A stretch of 63,254 bases of DNA, the filler included, from Pelomyxa schiedti (Eukaryota > Protista > Evosea): NCBI GenBank assembly GCA_020536535.1. It is 8 parts of 8 records of this genome, joined end to end, with 100 filler letters (N's around TTAATTAATTAA, not from the genome) between each part and the next. Parts side by side here need not be neighbours in the genome. Positions count along the whole stretch, not along the records: positions 24,539 to 51,677 come from JAHLWZ010001034.1; 7 more parts are not named here. The stretch is one strand, 5' to 3'. Below the pieces are notes generated by a model that was not told the DNA's origin, did not search any database, and saw only the letters and a list, made by a program, of their open reading frames with translations. Below are positions 38,450 to 50,949 of this stretch, piece after piece; the first letter of the stretch is position 1, and each line of letters opens with the position of its first letter. A program made the position numbers and the translations under genes.

Positions 38450-40379
38450 GCTTGGTGGGTTCTAGGTCACATTCCTGTGCCGTGTCAATGAGTTCTTGCA
38501 TTTCAACCAGTTCAAACTTACTGGGTGGTGATACACCACAACCTCGGGCATAATCCACACAGTCTGAGCTCCGTCAAGTTCACATCTTGATGTCTGGCCA
38601 GGAGAGTGCCAGTTTTTGATGCATAACGTCTACTGCCCAAAAGAGAATGAAACACTTTCAGTATGGTTAAGTGACAGATATCGGGATCTGGCAGCCAGTA
38701 GAGGGTTTCTGCAGTTACAACTGTGTTCAAAGATTTCGTTTGAGAGTGTGCAACTGGGTTCTTGAACTTCTGGCAAGCTCTAGGAAGGGGAATAGGCTAT
38801 ATTGTGCTCTCACCGTAGAGAATCTAGCTCTCTGCTTACAAGCGGAGACACTATGAGGCAAGAGGACCCTGATTTCCCAATATCTGTGGCCAGAATACAC
38901 AATGTGCAAGTCAGATCAATGGATATTCAGTGTCACACACCTGTAAGGCAATAGTGTGCCATAGCGCACTCAGTCTGAAACTGCTCAAATCAGCAAGTGG
39001 AGCAGCAATTTTAACATTCATTCTGTTGAATAAGTCTGTGACAACAATAGAACTCTGAGACCTCTGCATGCAGACAAGCAGTGCCCACTCCAGCTGAAGC
39101 AGGTCCCCTTGCTTTGGGGGCAAAAGCCTTCAGCTCAGCTGTTTTCTGCTGATAGATATTGGGTTAAAAGTTTATTGAGGATACAAACCTGAGTAAGTAC
39201 TTGGTTTGGGTACAGAAAATTTGGGTGAAGCCAGCATGGGTGAATTCCAAGGCCGAAGTCATCGGGATGAGGGAGTCCCTTGGATAAGTTGCAGTTGCTT
39301 TGGTATGCCTGTGATGACCACACAATTTGCTTAGAATTCTATTATTTTCAAATTGGACCTATTTCTTGAGTTAGAAGAAAGCTCTGAGGAATGGAACATA
39401 CCTATATTCGCCAAGCATCCTGAAGCTCAGAAACGAGAGCACTGGGAGCAATCTAGAACTTGTTCCAGGACCGCCATGAGTAAGAACATCCTGAGGCTGA
39501 CTAACACAATTTCCAGGCATCTGTACAAGCTCTGGAATATGCAAGTCAGGTCAATTCCTACCCTTTTTCAAATGCACATACCTGGAAAAGCAAATGCGTA
39601 GCTCAGTATCAATGACGCAAGGTGGACACTCTGAGGTGAAGTATGGGCCTCCAATTGGCCCGAGAACTCTTCCTTTGTGCAATGCAACTCCGTGGTCTTC
39701 CCAGTTTTCACATAATACAAGCCATCTCGTGCCGTCTGGATTTAGACCATTCCACATTGTGCCTAAGCAGTAGTCATCAAGGTGAGGCTCAATATATGCT
39801 GACTCGTTTCCAACAACTTGGTGCGCTTCCAAGTGGCTTGAACAACTCCACTCGTTGAAATGGCTTTCCTGCGCGGTAGTATGGATGTTGTGAAGTGGGT
39901 CCAGGGGGAGTTCGATTTGGCGAAGAGGTTGCCTCCATCCAAATCCTTGCGCCATTTCGGGACTCTTGCAACCATCCCATAATGGCCATGACCACGGGAA
40001 AGAGGGCGCCCCCGAGGCGCTCATTTCCTCTCCCTCGGACCCACCTCCGAACATGCACCGAGCAACCTCCAAATTTTCACAACACCCACGCAGCCTCCTT
40101 GACCGTCGTCGTCGTGGTGGTGGCGGTGGAGGAGGAGGAGGAGAGGCGCCTGCCGCGCCTGTGGTGCCGCACGATCCACGCCACGCACGAGGGGGTGCCA
40201 GCCTTGGCCGCGGCCCACAGGGGGCGGTGGTGCGGGCGGCTCTCGGCGGCGGCGCTGCGCAGCTCGCGGGAGCAGACGAGGGCCACCAGGGGGAACATGG
40301 CCCCCGCCGCGGCGAACGCGTCCACGCCCCGGGTGTCGTGGCGTGGGGAGCGGGGCTTGGAGTGGTCGAGCCAGCTCAC
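38450..40379 (-). pseudogene. Frameshifted member of an intronless ankyrin-like lineage-specific family
   Basis: Starts MSWLD...LWAAAKAGTPSCVAWIV and continues ENLEVARCMF in another frame. Successive short same-strand ORFs are broken by stops and frameshifts. Confidence 0.4.
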
Positions 40380-40627
40380 AGCTGTGTTGTTGGCAAACGA
40401 TTTTTTTTTTATTTAAAGGGAGCTATTTATGGCTGTAATGCACAAAGTTACAAGGGTTACGAGCGTGAACTGGTGTTTGAGCTTGGGTTATGCTTTGCTC
40501 TGAAGTTGTCTCCGCTTATGTCTCTGTTTTCTTCGTTTTGTTTCTTGTTGTTGCTATTGCTGTCACTGGGGCTGTTGGTACCTATGTTTACCACTTCCGT
40601 TTATTTCTGCTGATTGTTGAGGCATAT

Positions 40628-43600
40628 TCAGAACCAGTGGACAGGGGACAGGAATGAAAGAATGTGGTGTACGGTGCTATGTGATAGCCTTCCAATAGCT
40701 ATTGGTGAGTTGCAGTCTCCATCGAGAGCAACTCTCTTAAGGTGCTCAGGATCTGTGGGAGTTGTGGCTGCCAATGACAAGCTAGTGCAGCGTAGCCAAC
40801 AGAGGAGTACAGTCCTGAGGATGTGGCACTTGAACCACCACGGGAACAGCTCGTGTTTGAATGGGTCCCACGTTGCTGCATGGTTTACGAATCGCCACAA
40901 ACTCCGGCTATGTGCATCAACAAGTTCCCCTTTGATATCCACGTTTCCATCCCTCCTCAGTTTGTATTCAGGAATGCGCACGCCATGGCACCACAGCAAA
41001 TCCGCGATGTCACGGAAGCCATGCTCGATTGCAGAAAGAAGGAGGGTAGATGGAACGCGCCCTGGTTCACACAATGGGAGAAGCTTGCAAACAGTATGAT
41101 AAGCACCACGGCTCACTGCCCAGAACAAGAAGGTGGTTTTGAACCGTCCTGGCCACATCGCCATGAGTTTACATATTTTCTTTTCTACAAACTCTCCAGT
41201 AATCGGGTGAATGGGCTGCAACCAACTCAAGACTGCCTCATAGCACTTTGTCACCACTGGACACGTCAGAACCTCTTGTATTTTCTCCTCAACAACCACA
41301 TTGGCTTGCTGAGTGCCACGAAGCAAACGGGGCAACTTCCTTGGCTCAAGCGGGGCAATGGGCTGGATTTCACTGATCAACAGTGCTTTCAGCAGTGGTC
41401 CCCACATCCCCGGTGTTGATGTGCAGTTTTTAAGTACATCCTCCATGCATGCCCTTCTGTCAGGGGAACGACTCCAAAGAGACACTACTGAACCTTCGTT
41501 GTCCTCAATCATAGACTGTGATGACTGACAGCACAACTTCATCACAGAGGACAGACACGTGAAAGCACCAGAACTCAGGGTCCGGGTGTTCTCCCCTGGG
41601 TGCTCTGATGCCAGCAGCACTGTGAAGCTGGTAGCGAACCAGGCTGTTATATCCACTGAAAGGGAGGTGACTTTCACCCCAAAGCGTGAGCAGTGCCGGT
41701 ACACAGAATGAAGGCGGGAGGACCAAATCTCCAGCACGAAGAGGTATCGATTTTTGTCTTCCAGGATTCGCCGTACAGTTTTTAAAGGTGTCCGATGTTC
41801 TCGTTTGTACTGGGCTATGTATTGTGTCGCAGCAAATGAAAAAAGAGGAAGGCTTTTGATCTGATCAGCACAGAATTTCATCATGTGATACAGCAACCCT
41901 TCTCCTCTCCTGGTGTGTGTTTTTATTGCCTTCTCCAGCAGAAGTTCCAGTGAACTTGAACTCACCTGCCCAAACAGTTGCTTGACACTGAGCAGAATAT
42001 CAAGGTGAGGTGGTGAATCATCAGCAGTGGCAAGTGTAATAGCATTCATTGCGAGGTTCTCATTAACGGATCCTCCTGTGATAACCACTGGGATGATCAA
42101 CAATGCTGAAACAGCCTTGAGAAGCATCTTGTCACTTCCGATGTGATTCTCAACGAACTGGACAATGGCCTTGTGCCCATTTGCTGGATCAACAGAGCAC
42201 AGCTTCGTCACCCTGGAAATAACTTTCCTTGTGATCCAAGGGACCTTCTTAAAGAAAGCTTCCTGCAATCCAAAGCTTTCACAAAACTGGAGAAACCCTG
42301 CAATGATACGGGCTGTGATATTGTAATGCTTGAGGAACTCAATAACATCATTTGAAGCTTGAAGAGGCAATACATCCCATCCATTCACCCACCGAAATGG
42401 AAGCTTTGAACCCACTGATCGACCTTCAGCAAGACTCGACACAAAGGTATCACAGAGCTCATTAGCGAGCTCTGGCAACAGTGGCCCCAGGTTCACACAA
42501 CATAAGAGCAGTTCTTTACCATAATGGTGTGGTATCCTATTTAGCAGAACTCGCAATTGGTTTGCAAACGGAACGAAAAAGTGCCTGCAGTTTGGAACCC
42601 ACATCAACCTCTTCAGAGCCTTTATTGCCGCACCAAACACAGGCCAGTCCAAATCACCAGCACTCTTGCAATATTCCCTGGAGGCAATCTCAAACAATCT
42701 GCCAAAGAATGGCCCCACGCCAACAGGAACCAAGTCGTTGAGCACACCAAACTCGGAGATGAACATCTCTGCAATGTGGGCGACACAAGTGCCAACGACC
42801 AAGTCGTAGTGGTGCCGATCTTCCCTGCTCATGCTTGCAGTCACACCCACTCCCACAATCTCTGGCTTCTGGTGCCAGACCGCGAATATTTCCTCAGCAC
42901 TGTGGCCAATCGCCCTCATGAACTTCCAGAAGTTTTTGACCATGCCGTAGATATCATCATCTTCTGTTGGCTCCTCAGCATCAGCATGAGGAGCATCGAG
43001 AATGGACAGAACCTTTGGTTCCACCTGGGCCTGAAGTTTTGGGAGGCACTCAGAAATATCGTCAATGCGCCTCTGCAACCCAGAAATCACAGCACTGAAA
43101 TTCTTGCGGGATTCCTCCCATCTGGCGGTGTTTGCAGCCTCCAGTTCCGTCTTGACTTCTCTTTTTCCGTTTCCGTTTCTATACGTTGCCTTTGCGTCTG
43201 CGTCTGTTGCCGCCGCCGCCGCCGCCGCCGTCTCGGTTTGTGGCATGTGTGGTCTCCTCGTCGCACAGCCCAGTAGCACCTTTAGCAGCACCAGCTGGCC
43301 TGTGAGCTTCAGGAACTTTTCTCCCGAAGCCGTCACCGTTGCCGGCTCCTTGTCGGGGTGCGCCATCATGTCGGCGAGCTTGGACTTGTGCAGGGCCAGG
43401 TCGCGGCGCATGGACTCGCGCGTCCGCCTCAACTTGCGCACCCTCTTGACCTGCAGCCACACGGGGTCGTCGTGGTGGTGGTAGGCGTTGTGGATGTTGT
43501 CGCGGCCGTAATCGCCTTCTTCCTCTTCCTCTTCCTCTTCCTCTTCGGCGGCTGCTGCTTCTGTTTCTGCTTCGTACCTGTGCTCAAGGTAAAACTCGCA

Positions 43601-43663
43601 GTCATCCAGGTCACTGTCACCGCTCTCGCGCCCTCCGTCATCGATCTGGTTGGTGGCCATCAC
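40628..43663 (-). CDS. Intronless 1011-aa protein: acidic/coiled-coil N-terminus, helical repeats, ankyrin-like pair, C-terminal F-box-like tail
   Basis: Long ORF. LFWAVSRGAYHTVCKLL and LLSAIEHGFRDIADLL are ankyrin-like. The tail reads WDPFKHELFP...TVLLCWLR...GRLSHSTVHHILSFL. Confidence 0.8.
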   Translation of the reverse strand: MMATNQIDDGGRESGDSDLDDCEFYLEHRYEAETEAAAAEEEEEEEEEEGDYGRDNIHNAYHHHDDPVWLQVKRVRKLRRTRESMRRDLALHKSKLADMMAHPDKEPATVTASGEKFLKLTGQLVLLKVLLGCATRRPHMPQTETAAAAAAATDADAKATYRNGNGKREVKTELEAANTARWEESRKNFSAVISGLQRRIDDISECLPKLQAQVEPKVLSILDAPHADAEEPTEDDDIYGMVKNFWKFMRAIGHSAEEIFAVWHQKPEIVGVGVTASMSREDRHHYDLVVGTCVAHIAEMFISEFGVLNDLVPVGVGPFFGRLFEIASREYCKSAGDLDWPVFGAAIKALKRLMWVPNCRHFFVPFANQLRVLLNRIPHHYGKELLLCCVNLGPLLPELANELCDTFVSSLAEGRSVGSKLPFRWVNGWDVLPLQASNDVIEFLKHYNITARIIAGFLQFCESFGLQEAFFKKVPWITRKVISRVTKLCSVDPANGHKAIVQFVENHIGSDKMLLKAVSALLIIPVVITGGSVNENLAMNAITLATADDSPPHLDILLSVKQLFGQVSSSSLELLLEKAIKTHTRRGEGLLYHMMKFCADQIKSLPLFSFAATQYIAQYKREHRTPLKTVRRILEDKNRYLFVLEIWSSRLHSVYRHCSRFGVKVTSLSVDITAWFATSFTVLLASEHPGENTRTLSSGAFTCLSSVMKLCCQSSQSMIEDNEGSVVSLWSRSPDRRACMEDVLKNCTSTPGMWGPLLKALLISEIQPIAPLEPRKLPRLLRGTQQANVVVEEKIQEVLTCPVVTKCYEAVLSWLQPIHPITGEFVEKKICKLMAMWPGRFKTTFLFWAVSRGAYHTVCKLLPLCEPGRVPSTLLLSAIEHGFRDIADLLWCHGVRIPEYKLRRDGNVDIKGELVDAHSRSLWRFVNHAATWDPFKHELFPWWFKCHILRTVLLCWLRCTSLSLAATTPTDPEHLKRVALDGDCNSPIAIGRLSHSTVHHILSFLSPVHWF

Positions 43664-44016
43664 TTTTAAGGGTTTTCGGTGTAAGTGGTGGTGAAAATCA
43701 GAGAGCCAAATACTTGGGCTTTAGGCAAACAATGGAAGCAACAGCCTCAGATTGCACAAAATAGATGTTCTCCCCGTCCTCACCATCAAAATCCGTGTTC
43801 TCTGAAGGCAAGCAGAGATTTCTTTGCCAAGGAAAATGGTTGGCAAGCGGGCAGAGAGCCCTCATCACCAACTGGGAGAGTATGCACAACAACAGCAACA
43901 CCAACGCCAACACGTGCGCATCTTGTACTGTCGGGAGTCTTGTGTGGTCACAGGGTCGTGTCCCGCGGTTGGCTCGACGGCACAGCCACCTGGTCCGACG
44001 ATGATGGCGCGCACTC

Positions 44017-45760
44017 CTAGTCGCCGTCGTCGGGGGGCAGCGACGTGACACTTTTCAGGGTGGCCGAGGCGACGTTCCACCTCGTGGCAACGGAATTCTC
44101 GTTGGAAGACACTTGTTGTTGTGCTTGCCATACGGCGCTCTGCTCTGGTCGACGCAGCCAGGGGGCACCGGCCGCGTCGTGCGTACAGTGGATGATATTA
44201 CACAACCACAATGAGAAGAGCAGCCCATGAGTGGTTGAGGCGAGAGAGCGGTGAAGGCGGCTGGGCACTGGTGGCCACTTGGATTTGGTGAGAGTTCCCG
44301 ATTTTGCAATGAACTTGTTGAGCTTAGACTTGCTTGTAGGTTTTTTCTGTGTCCATGTATGCCTTCCTGTTGTCTCCAGATGGCTAATTCCCTTGAAGAA
44401 GCCTTGAAATGGTGTGCAAAGCCTTGCAGAAGTATTGCTGATTCCTCCAGCAAAATATCCTTGTGGAAGTACTGCTGATTCCCTCAGCATAAGGTATTGC
44501 AAAATATCCTTTCCTTGAAGCTAAACAATGACCGTAAATTCGCCTAACAGAGAATACTTGAGTTGTCCAATGTCTTGGATGCCTTCCAAGTGTCAGATAG
44601 ATTTCTAGTATATTGGACCAGTGATTCACTGTGCGGCACATGCTATGGCGGCCATAATAGAGTCGCTGCTGATTCAGGCTCATGTGAAACCTGCCTGATT
44701 GCACAGAAATTTCTTCAGGTTCGTATGTGATAAAATTCTAGCTACCATGCTAACTCAGATGTGTCATAAGGATTGGTGCTGATGTCTCCTGCACCTCAGA
44801 AAGTACTTTGTATGCTTGCCTAGAGCCTTTGGGTAAGTCCAGAATAGTTGCTGTTCTGCGTCTGACTTCCAACAGAACAAGGGACTCTTGTGGGACCGAA
44901 ATTGGGCTGATTGTATTTCCAGGCTTGAATCTGACTTTGAAGCTGACTTGCCAATTCGTTCTGCAGTTGTTGGGATGCTGTCTGCTCATTGCAGTGCTTG
45001 GTCTGGATGATCTCCTTGAAATATGTGCTGCCAGCTTCCAGCTTGAATGAATTGCAAGCATGAATCCTTCCCAGGTATGGTTCCATTTTCCATAAGGTGA
45101 TTCCTTACTCATGGTGAAGGTAGTGAAGACTTCTGTTTTTGCCAACTGCTCTAGCATGCCTTGAGCTGTGCTGATGTGCTTCTTGCGTTTTGTTGATCAG
45201 GTTTGTTTGTATCATTTGTATCAGTATCTGATGCCATTAGGTGACATTGCCTTGGTGTTGCCAATGATGTGCTTGCTGCTCTCAGCTGAATTGAACTGTG
45301 TCCGCCTTGCAGCATTGTTGCTGAGCTGCGCATTTGCTTTTCCAGGTATGTGAAGTTGAAAAGGAGTATGTATTGATCTGACTTGCGCATTGCAGTGTCC
45401 AGCGCTTGTGCCGCTGCTTGGAAATGATATGTTAGTCCACCTAGCAGAGGAGACTGTTCTTGCTCATGGTGGTCCTAGAGCAAGTGCTAGATTGTGATGA
45501 ACACCTGAAAGAAAGTTGAAACTCAACACTTATAACAAAACTTTCAGTGTTACCACAGGTGAGATCAAGCTGAGCCATAAACCCCAAAAAATGTGAAAAG
45601 CAGAAACAAGAATCTCTGAAATTTTGCTCCTGAATGACAAATAGAGCAACATTTCATATTTTCAAACACTGTCCCTCATGGTCTATGTGTGCACATGTTC
45701 TAGACACAATAGACAGGAGCGAATTAGCTCCACCGATTTCTTGGTACGAGCTAGGATTCG
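44017..45760 (-). pseudogene. Probable decayed coding sequence
   Basis: A chain of staggered minus-strand ORFs in shifting frames with coding-like composition. No clear splice rescue and no family recognised. Confidence 0.3.
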
Positions 45761-45918
45761 CTCAAAACAAGATTCGACCATCTACCCACAAACTGAATTG
45801 ACTCCCCATTCCTGGTGGGACTGATTGAAACCAACTTGATTCGTTCTTTTTACTAAACCACTTTTACTAAAACACTTAAAAACAGAAACAGAAAAAAAAG
45901 ATCCAGTTTGTTTCTGGA

Positions 45919-48900
45919 ATGTCCAGAAGAAAGGCCAGTGACAGCGAATCTCCGGACGAAGGAGAGCCGGAACAACTGCAACCAAAGACAACAACGACGA
46001 CGACGACCACCACAACTACAAGCACAAGTAACGCAACGAGTTTGCAGGGGGGGGGAGCCCACCGCGCATGGAACCGATGTCGACTTGTGCTTCAGCGGGG
46101 GTGGCATACGGTCCGCCGTATTCTGTTCTGGTGTGCTCAACGGCATTTGCTCGCGCAAAGCCAGACCAAACAACATAAGGTTCCCTTTGTCGCTCCTCTC
46201 GTGTTCTATTCACCTTATTATTATTGGCAGTTGTGTGTCAGGTGGAGGCTTCACTGGGAGTCTATTCCAGCAGTACTACGACCCAGGTTTGACCCCCGAT
46301 GTTATAGCTGGTCAAGTGTCTGATCGGCTGAGAGAAAAGTATGCCTATCTGGTCAGGGCCAATGGTACAGGGTGCAAAGCATGTGGCAAGGGTTGCTTAA
46401 GTGTCATGGAATGGACTGGATGGTAGTAGATATTCTCTTTTCTTTCTTTCTCATTTTCTTCCCTTCTAGGATCCTACTTGGGTTGGTGTTCCAACTGAGT
46501 TTTCCAATCATGCAAATTGTGCTGTTTTCACCACTCACTAGATGGCTTATTATGTAGTGTTTTCTCTTCTCTCCTAGTAGTCTATTTTGCTTTCATTCAT
46601 CTCCTACAGTAAAAGCAACTCAGCAGGCACAGTTATTCGTAATTGGCTTTGGTTAATGATACTGGGCCTCATTCTTTGTCTTTGTATCATTCAATTGCTC
46701 CTGTATGCTATCTTCCCAACAGAACAAGAAGAATCAAACCAGACAACAACCCTCCCAGCAAAACAAGAAGAGCCAAAAGATGCAGACTCCCTGCTCGACG
46801 CTTCTTTCACAGACAGACAACCCTCCATTCAAAAGGGGGGCTACCACTCAATGCAAGGACAGGCAACAAAGACAACTGGCAGTCTGAAACGTTGCTGTAC
46901 TGTTGGTGTTATTGCATTCTATTTCATTCATGCCATTGGAGCTCTACATGTAATACTTGTCGTGCTCTTTACTGTTGACGCACTCAACGACTTTGATAGT
47001 GCGCAATGTTTCATTTCTTTTAGCATTGAGGTTCACTCGATTAGATAATTCCAATTCCACTTCCCTTGCACCAGCTAATGAGTCCAGTTACACTTCCCCT
47101 GCACCACCTAATGAGTCCAGTTCCTCTTATGTACCAACTCCATCTTTTCAACAATCTCAACTCCGCTTTAGGAAACAACCAATGAACCAAGGCACATTTC
47201 CCGAGTATGAGTTTACCACAAATCTCAATACTCAAGCTGAATCTTAAGGAATTTTTTGAATTGCTTACCGCCTTTGGGACTATAATTGCCTGGATTTTCT
47301 TGAAATCAAGACCTACCCTTGAAAGAAAGGTTTGCACAACACCTCTGTGCTGTTTCTCAAGCATACTGGCAGATGCAGAACATCTTGACATCAAGTCCCA
47401 TCCTTGGAAGCAAGGTTCACACAACCCTCTGTGTTGTTTCTCAAGCATACTGGTAGATGCATTACATGACCCCAGGTTTTATTTATACAGCTCCCTGGAT
47501 TGGATGGTTTCTGGCCCACTTATGTTTCTGGAGAATGGGTTATTTTGGGGCCTGTAATAGTAGGACATATTGGGGTTGTGTATTGGTTGCGTCTGCCATC
47601 CTAAGTGTTTTCTGGCTCTATTTTTGGGTGAAGAACAATCTGCTTTACTGGTAATGGAAAGAATTTTTCATTTTACACTGCTGTTAGGGCATGGCACCGT
47701 CATTTGAAACTGGCTTTTAATGTCACAAATTCCGCAGCAGGCGTACCGCTTAACCTTCCGTCAAGTGCCGCAAACAATTGGCAAGGGCCTACTTTCATTT
47801 CAGTACTCACAAGTAATGGTGTGGTGGAAAAGCTGGATGATAGTGAGCCCTATTCCATGTAAATTTCTTTTTTCCCTTTCACTTCATTTGATTTGTGGAA
47901 GGGTATGGTCAAACCAGGATGGCGTGCTGCAGGACAAGTGGGGTGGAAACCTGGGATTTGAACCGATTTCCCAAGATGCTTTGGTGGCCATCTCGAGCTC
48001 AGGTTCTTCACCTTGAAGCATCTCATTTTTGCTTTCCTTACCAATTTAGCTCTTGCATACTCCATTGGGAAGTACAATACCGGTTTTGGCCGAATCGTTT
48101 TGGTCTACTACAGAATGAATTCCATTTTTATGTTTCTTACTCCTGCTGAAACAGGAAGTCTCTGGTGTTGGACTGGGGACATGGGTTAGAAATTCAAAAA
48201 TAAGCTCTTGCCAACTGTGGTGCTGCCGGATTTTTATTGGCCTATTTTATGGGTTTGTTGGAGGCATGGCAATGTGGGGTTCTGCGAACAAGTTGTGGTA
48301 TGGTGGGGACGAGAAGAGCCCAGATACCTCAGAAAATCTGGATGTGAATGAAGTACTGGTTATCTTAGCCTCTGTGCTGTTCTGTGTGTACTCTGCACTG
48401 GCATTTGTACCTGGTATTCGTAAGTTCCTTCTTGTTGATCCCTACCACAAGTATGTTTTTTTTTTCCCTCTGGCATTTTTCAGCGCCAGTCAATAAACCT
48501 TGAACCAGGTTCTTGTGGTCGACTTACAACATCCATTTTGTGACCAGAGACCTGAGGGAGTTACCTTACCTCTATCTAACTGATGGGGGACATACCAACA
48601 ACTTTGGGCTGCTTCCGTTGCTTTCCTCATCCTTGTACACAGTCCGCAACAACCCCGCACATGCAAACTTTCGACCCATCATAGTAGTTGATGGAACAAG
48701 TGTACCCACTGCTGACGAATATATAGGTGCCCTGAAGGAGTGCACCAAGGCCCTTAAGTAAGAACAAACAACAAACCATCTTCCGTTTCACTGTTTGTTC
48801 CCCAGGTGCGAATTCTGGCCGCTCACGAATCGTGATGTTAACAAGGAGTTTACACAATTTCTGGCTGGGGAGTTTGATGTGATTCACAGACACGGTACTT

Positions 48901-49300
48901 ACACTCCTTGCTCCCTCTCCTTTGTTTCAACAACAACTAGTGTGGTACGAGGTAGAGGGCCAGAAAGAACTATGTGGGCCACAACTTTTAATCTATGTCA
49001 AGGCTAAGACTCTTCTTCCACAAGAGCGGGATGTTGTTCTTGCTGGTATTTTAAAGTTTGAAATTCAACTACTCACAGCTTTTTGTTTCAGGGTGCTGTT
49101 GTAATTGCTGTCACAGGCATGGAGTTTGTTGCTGGAAATGTTGCTGTGGAAAGTTTGCAACCAACGACACTGTGAACCAGTTCTTCACTGAACACCAGTA
49201 CAATGCCTATGAGGGTCTAGGAGTATATCTTGGGGAACTATTGCGATTAACGGATATGGTATGACATCAAAATCTTGCTGATTCTAACAAACAAATATAG
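45919..49300 (+). CDS. Patatin/cPLA2-like phospholipase with multiple transmembrane segments, multi-exon
   Basis: Oxyanion motif LCFSGGGIRSA, nucleophile elbow SCVSGGG and catalytic Asp motif YLYLTDGGHTNNFGLLPLL. Several hydrophobic helices lie between them. Cys-rich C-terminus. Ends approximate. Confidence 0.82.
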
Positions 49301-50949
49301 TCCCCCAGGAGTAGAAGGGATAACAGAGACTTTGTTGACACCTCAAATGTTGTATCAGCAAGGCGCCTATACCCCAAATATCTCAATATGTTATAATTCC
49401 TTTATGCAAATTGTTTCCTAAAATGCGAGAGTGGCTAGGCCAACCTCACTTCACTGGTGGTGACACCCTAAGTTCTTTATTTTAGTTTAATTAAACATAT
49501 ATAATAAAACCGGACACCAGGTGGTTTGTTTCTCAGTTCCTCCACCTTCATTTCCAATGGGCAGCAACGGAATCCCTCACAACTACCCCCTTGGCACTAC
49601 TACAGCAGTGACTATTATTCAGAGGGAACCTTCCCAAAGGGAATCTGATGGTAATTGGGAGGGAAGCTACCTTCAGGGGAAGTGAAATTTTATTATAAAA
49701 AAAAATAAAAGGGCCTGGCTGCACACTCCAGAAAAAAGTGCCCCTACACAGCCACTCACACTTTCTAACCAAAAAATGAAGGTGATGTTTTGTTTTGTTC
49801 AAAGTGAGACAATTATCTTGAGCTGTTGAGCACTTCCCCACTTGCAATGCAACACTGCTGCACAGGCCTCAGTGTCACCTCCCCTCCCCCATGTGCCATT
49901 TGAACAGGGAAATCCCAAAAGGGAAAAACATCTCAAAATGCATCACGGTGATGCCCACTGTGACACATTCTGAGCAGGATACATCCCAACCTTATGCCAG
50001 ATGGCACTGGGCTGCATGCACACTCCAGAAAAAAGTGCCCCTATGCAGCCACTGGTGACAATGAAGACTTATGTGTCCAACAAATCCGAAAACTAGACCC
50101 ATAGGTTACAAAGAAAAGCCTCTCTGCACCTTGGGTGACACTAAAATGGCAACACACCTTGGGTAACATCAAAAATAAATACACCTAAGCAAGTGAAAGG
50201 AAACTCATAAACCAAAAACAATCAAATGAGCCAACAGACACGCAGCCATGAGCTGAAATGATGATGCCACAAGAGCTGAAATCACCAAGACTTACCCATT
50301 AAGGCCAACCTACAACTGTGCAGCTCCACCAGCAACATCACTGGCACCTACACCAAAAACTGCAGCAACTACATTGCTGGCAACCACCACACAATATCAT
50401 GGGTAAATTTGTCAGCAAGACAACAAAAAAGAGAGGCGAAACCCTACTACCGGAGAAGGAATGTGAGCAACTACCTGAGGAGAATTTAAAAACTACCTGA
50501 GGTGGTACTGGAAGTGGTTGCCAGCTTTGGTAGAGAACTCAGGGAAGAAGTAGCAGAATGCAGGCAGGCACGGATGCAGTCAACTACCAGCAGTGCCAGT
50601 AATAGGACAGCAGCCTACAACCTGTCGCATCAGCGGAACAACCAAGATGAGCAGGCAGTGGACATGGGTGAGTGCAGCAGGATTTCCCGTCTATGGCAGA
50701 AATTAGGAGAAGGCAGAATCAATTCTCGTCATACAGGAATCAGGCCAGATTGCTGGAACAAGACGAAGAGCCAACTTCTGAATGGGAAGAAGAAGAGGGA
50801 ATCAGACCAGAGAGGCTCTGTGAAAAATTTCAAATTAAATTTCCAAACTCCTGCAACGTGTTTAATTTTGAAATATCCCAGAAGGAAGGCAAAGGCCACT
50901 TGAAAATACCTAAGTTGGGTTCTGTGTGATTCTGCGAACACACAGGCAA

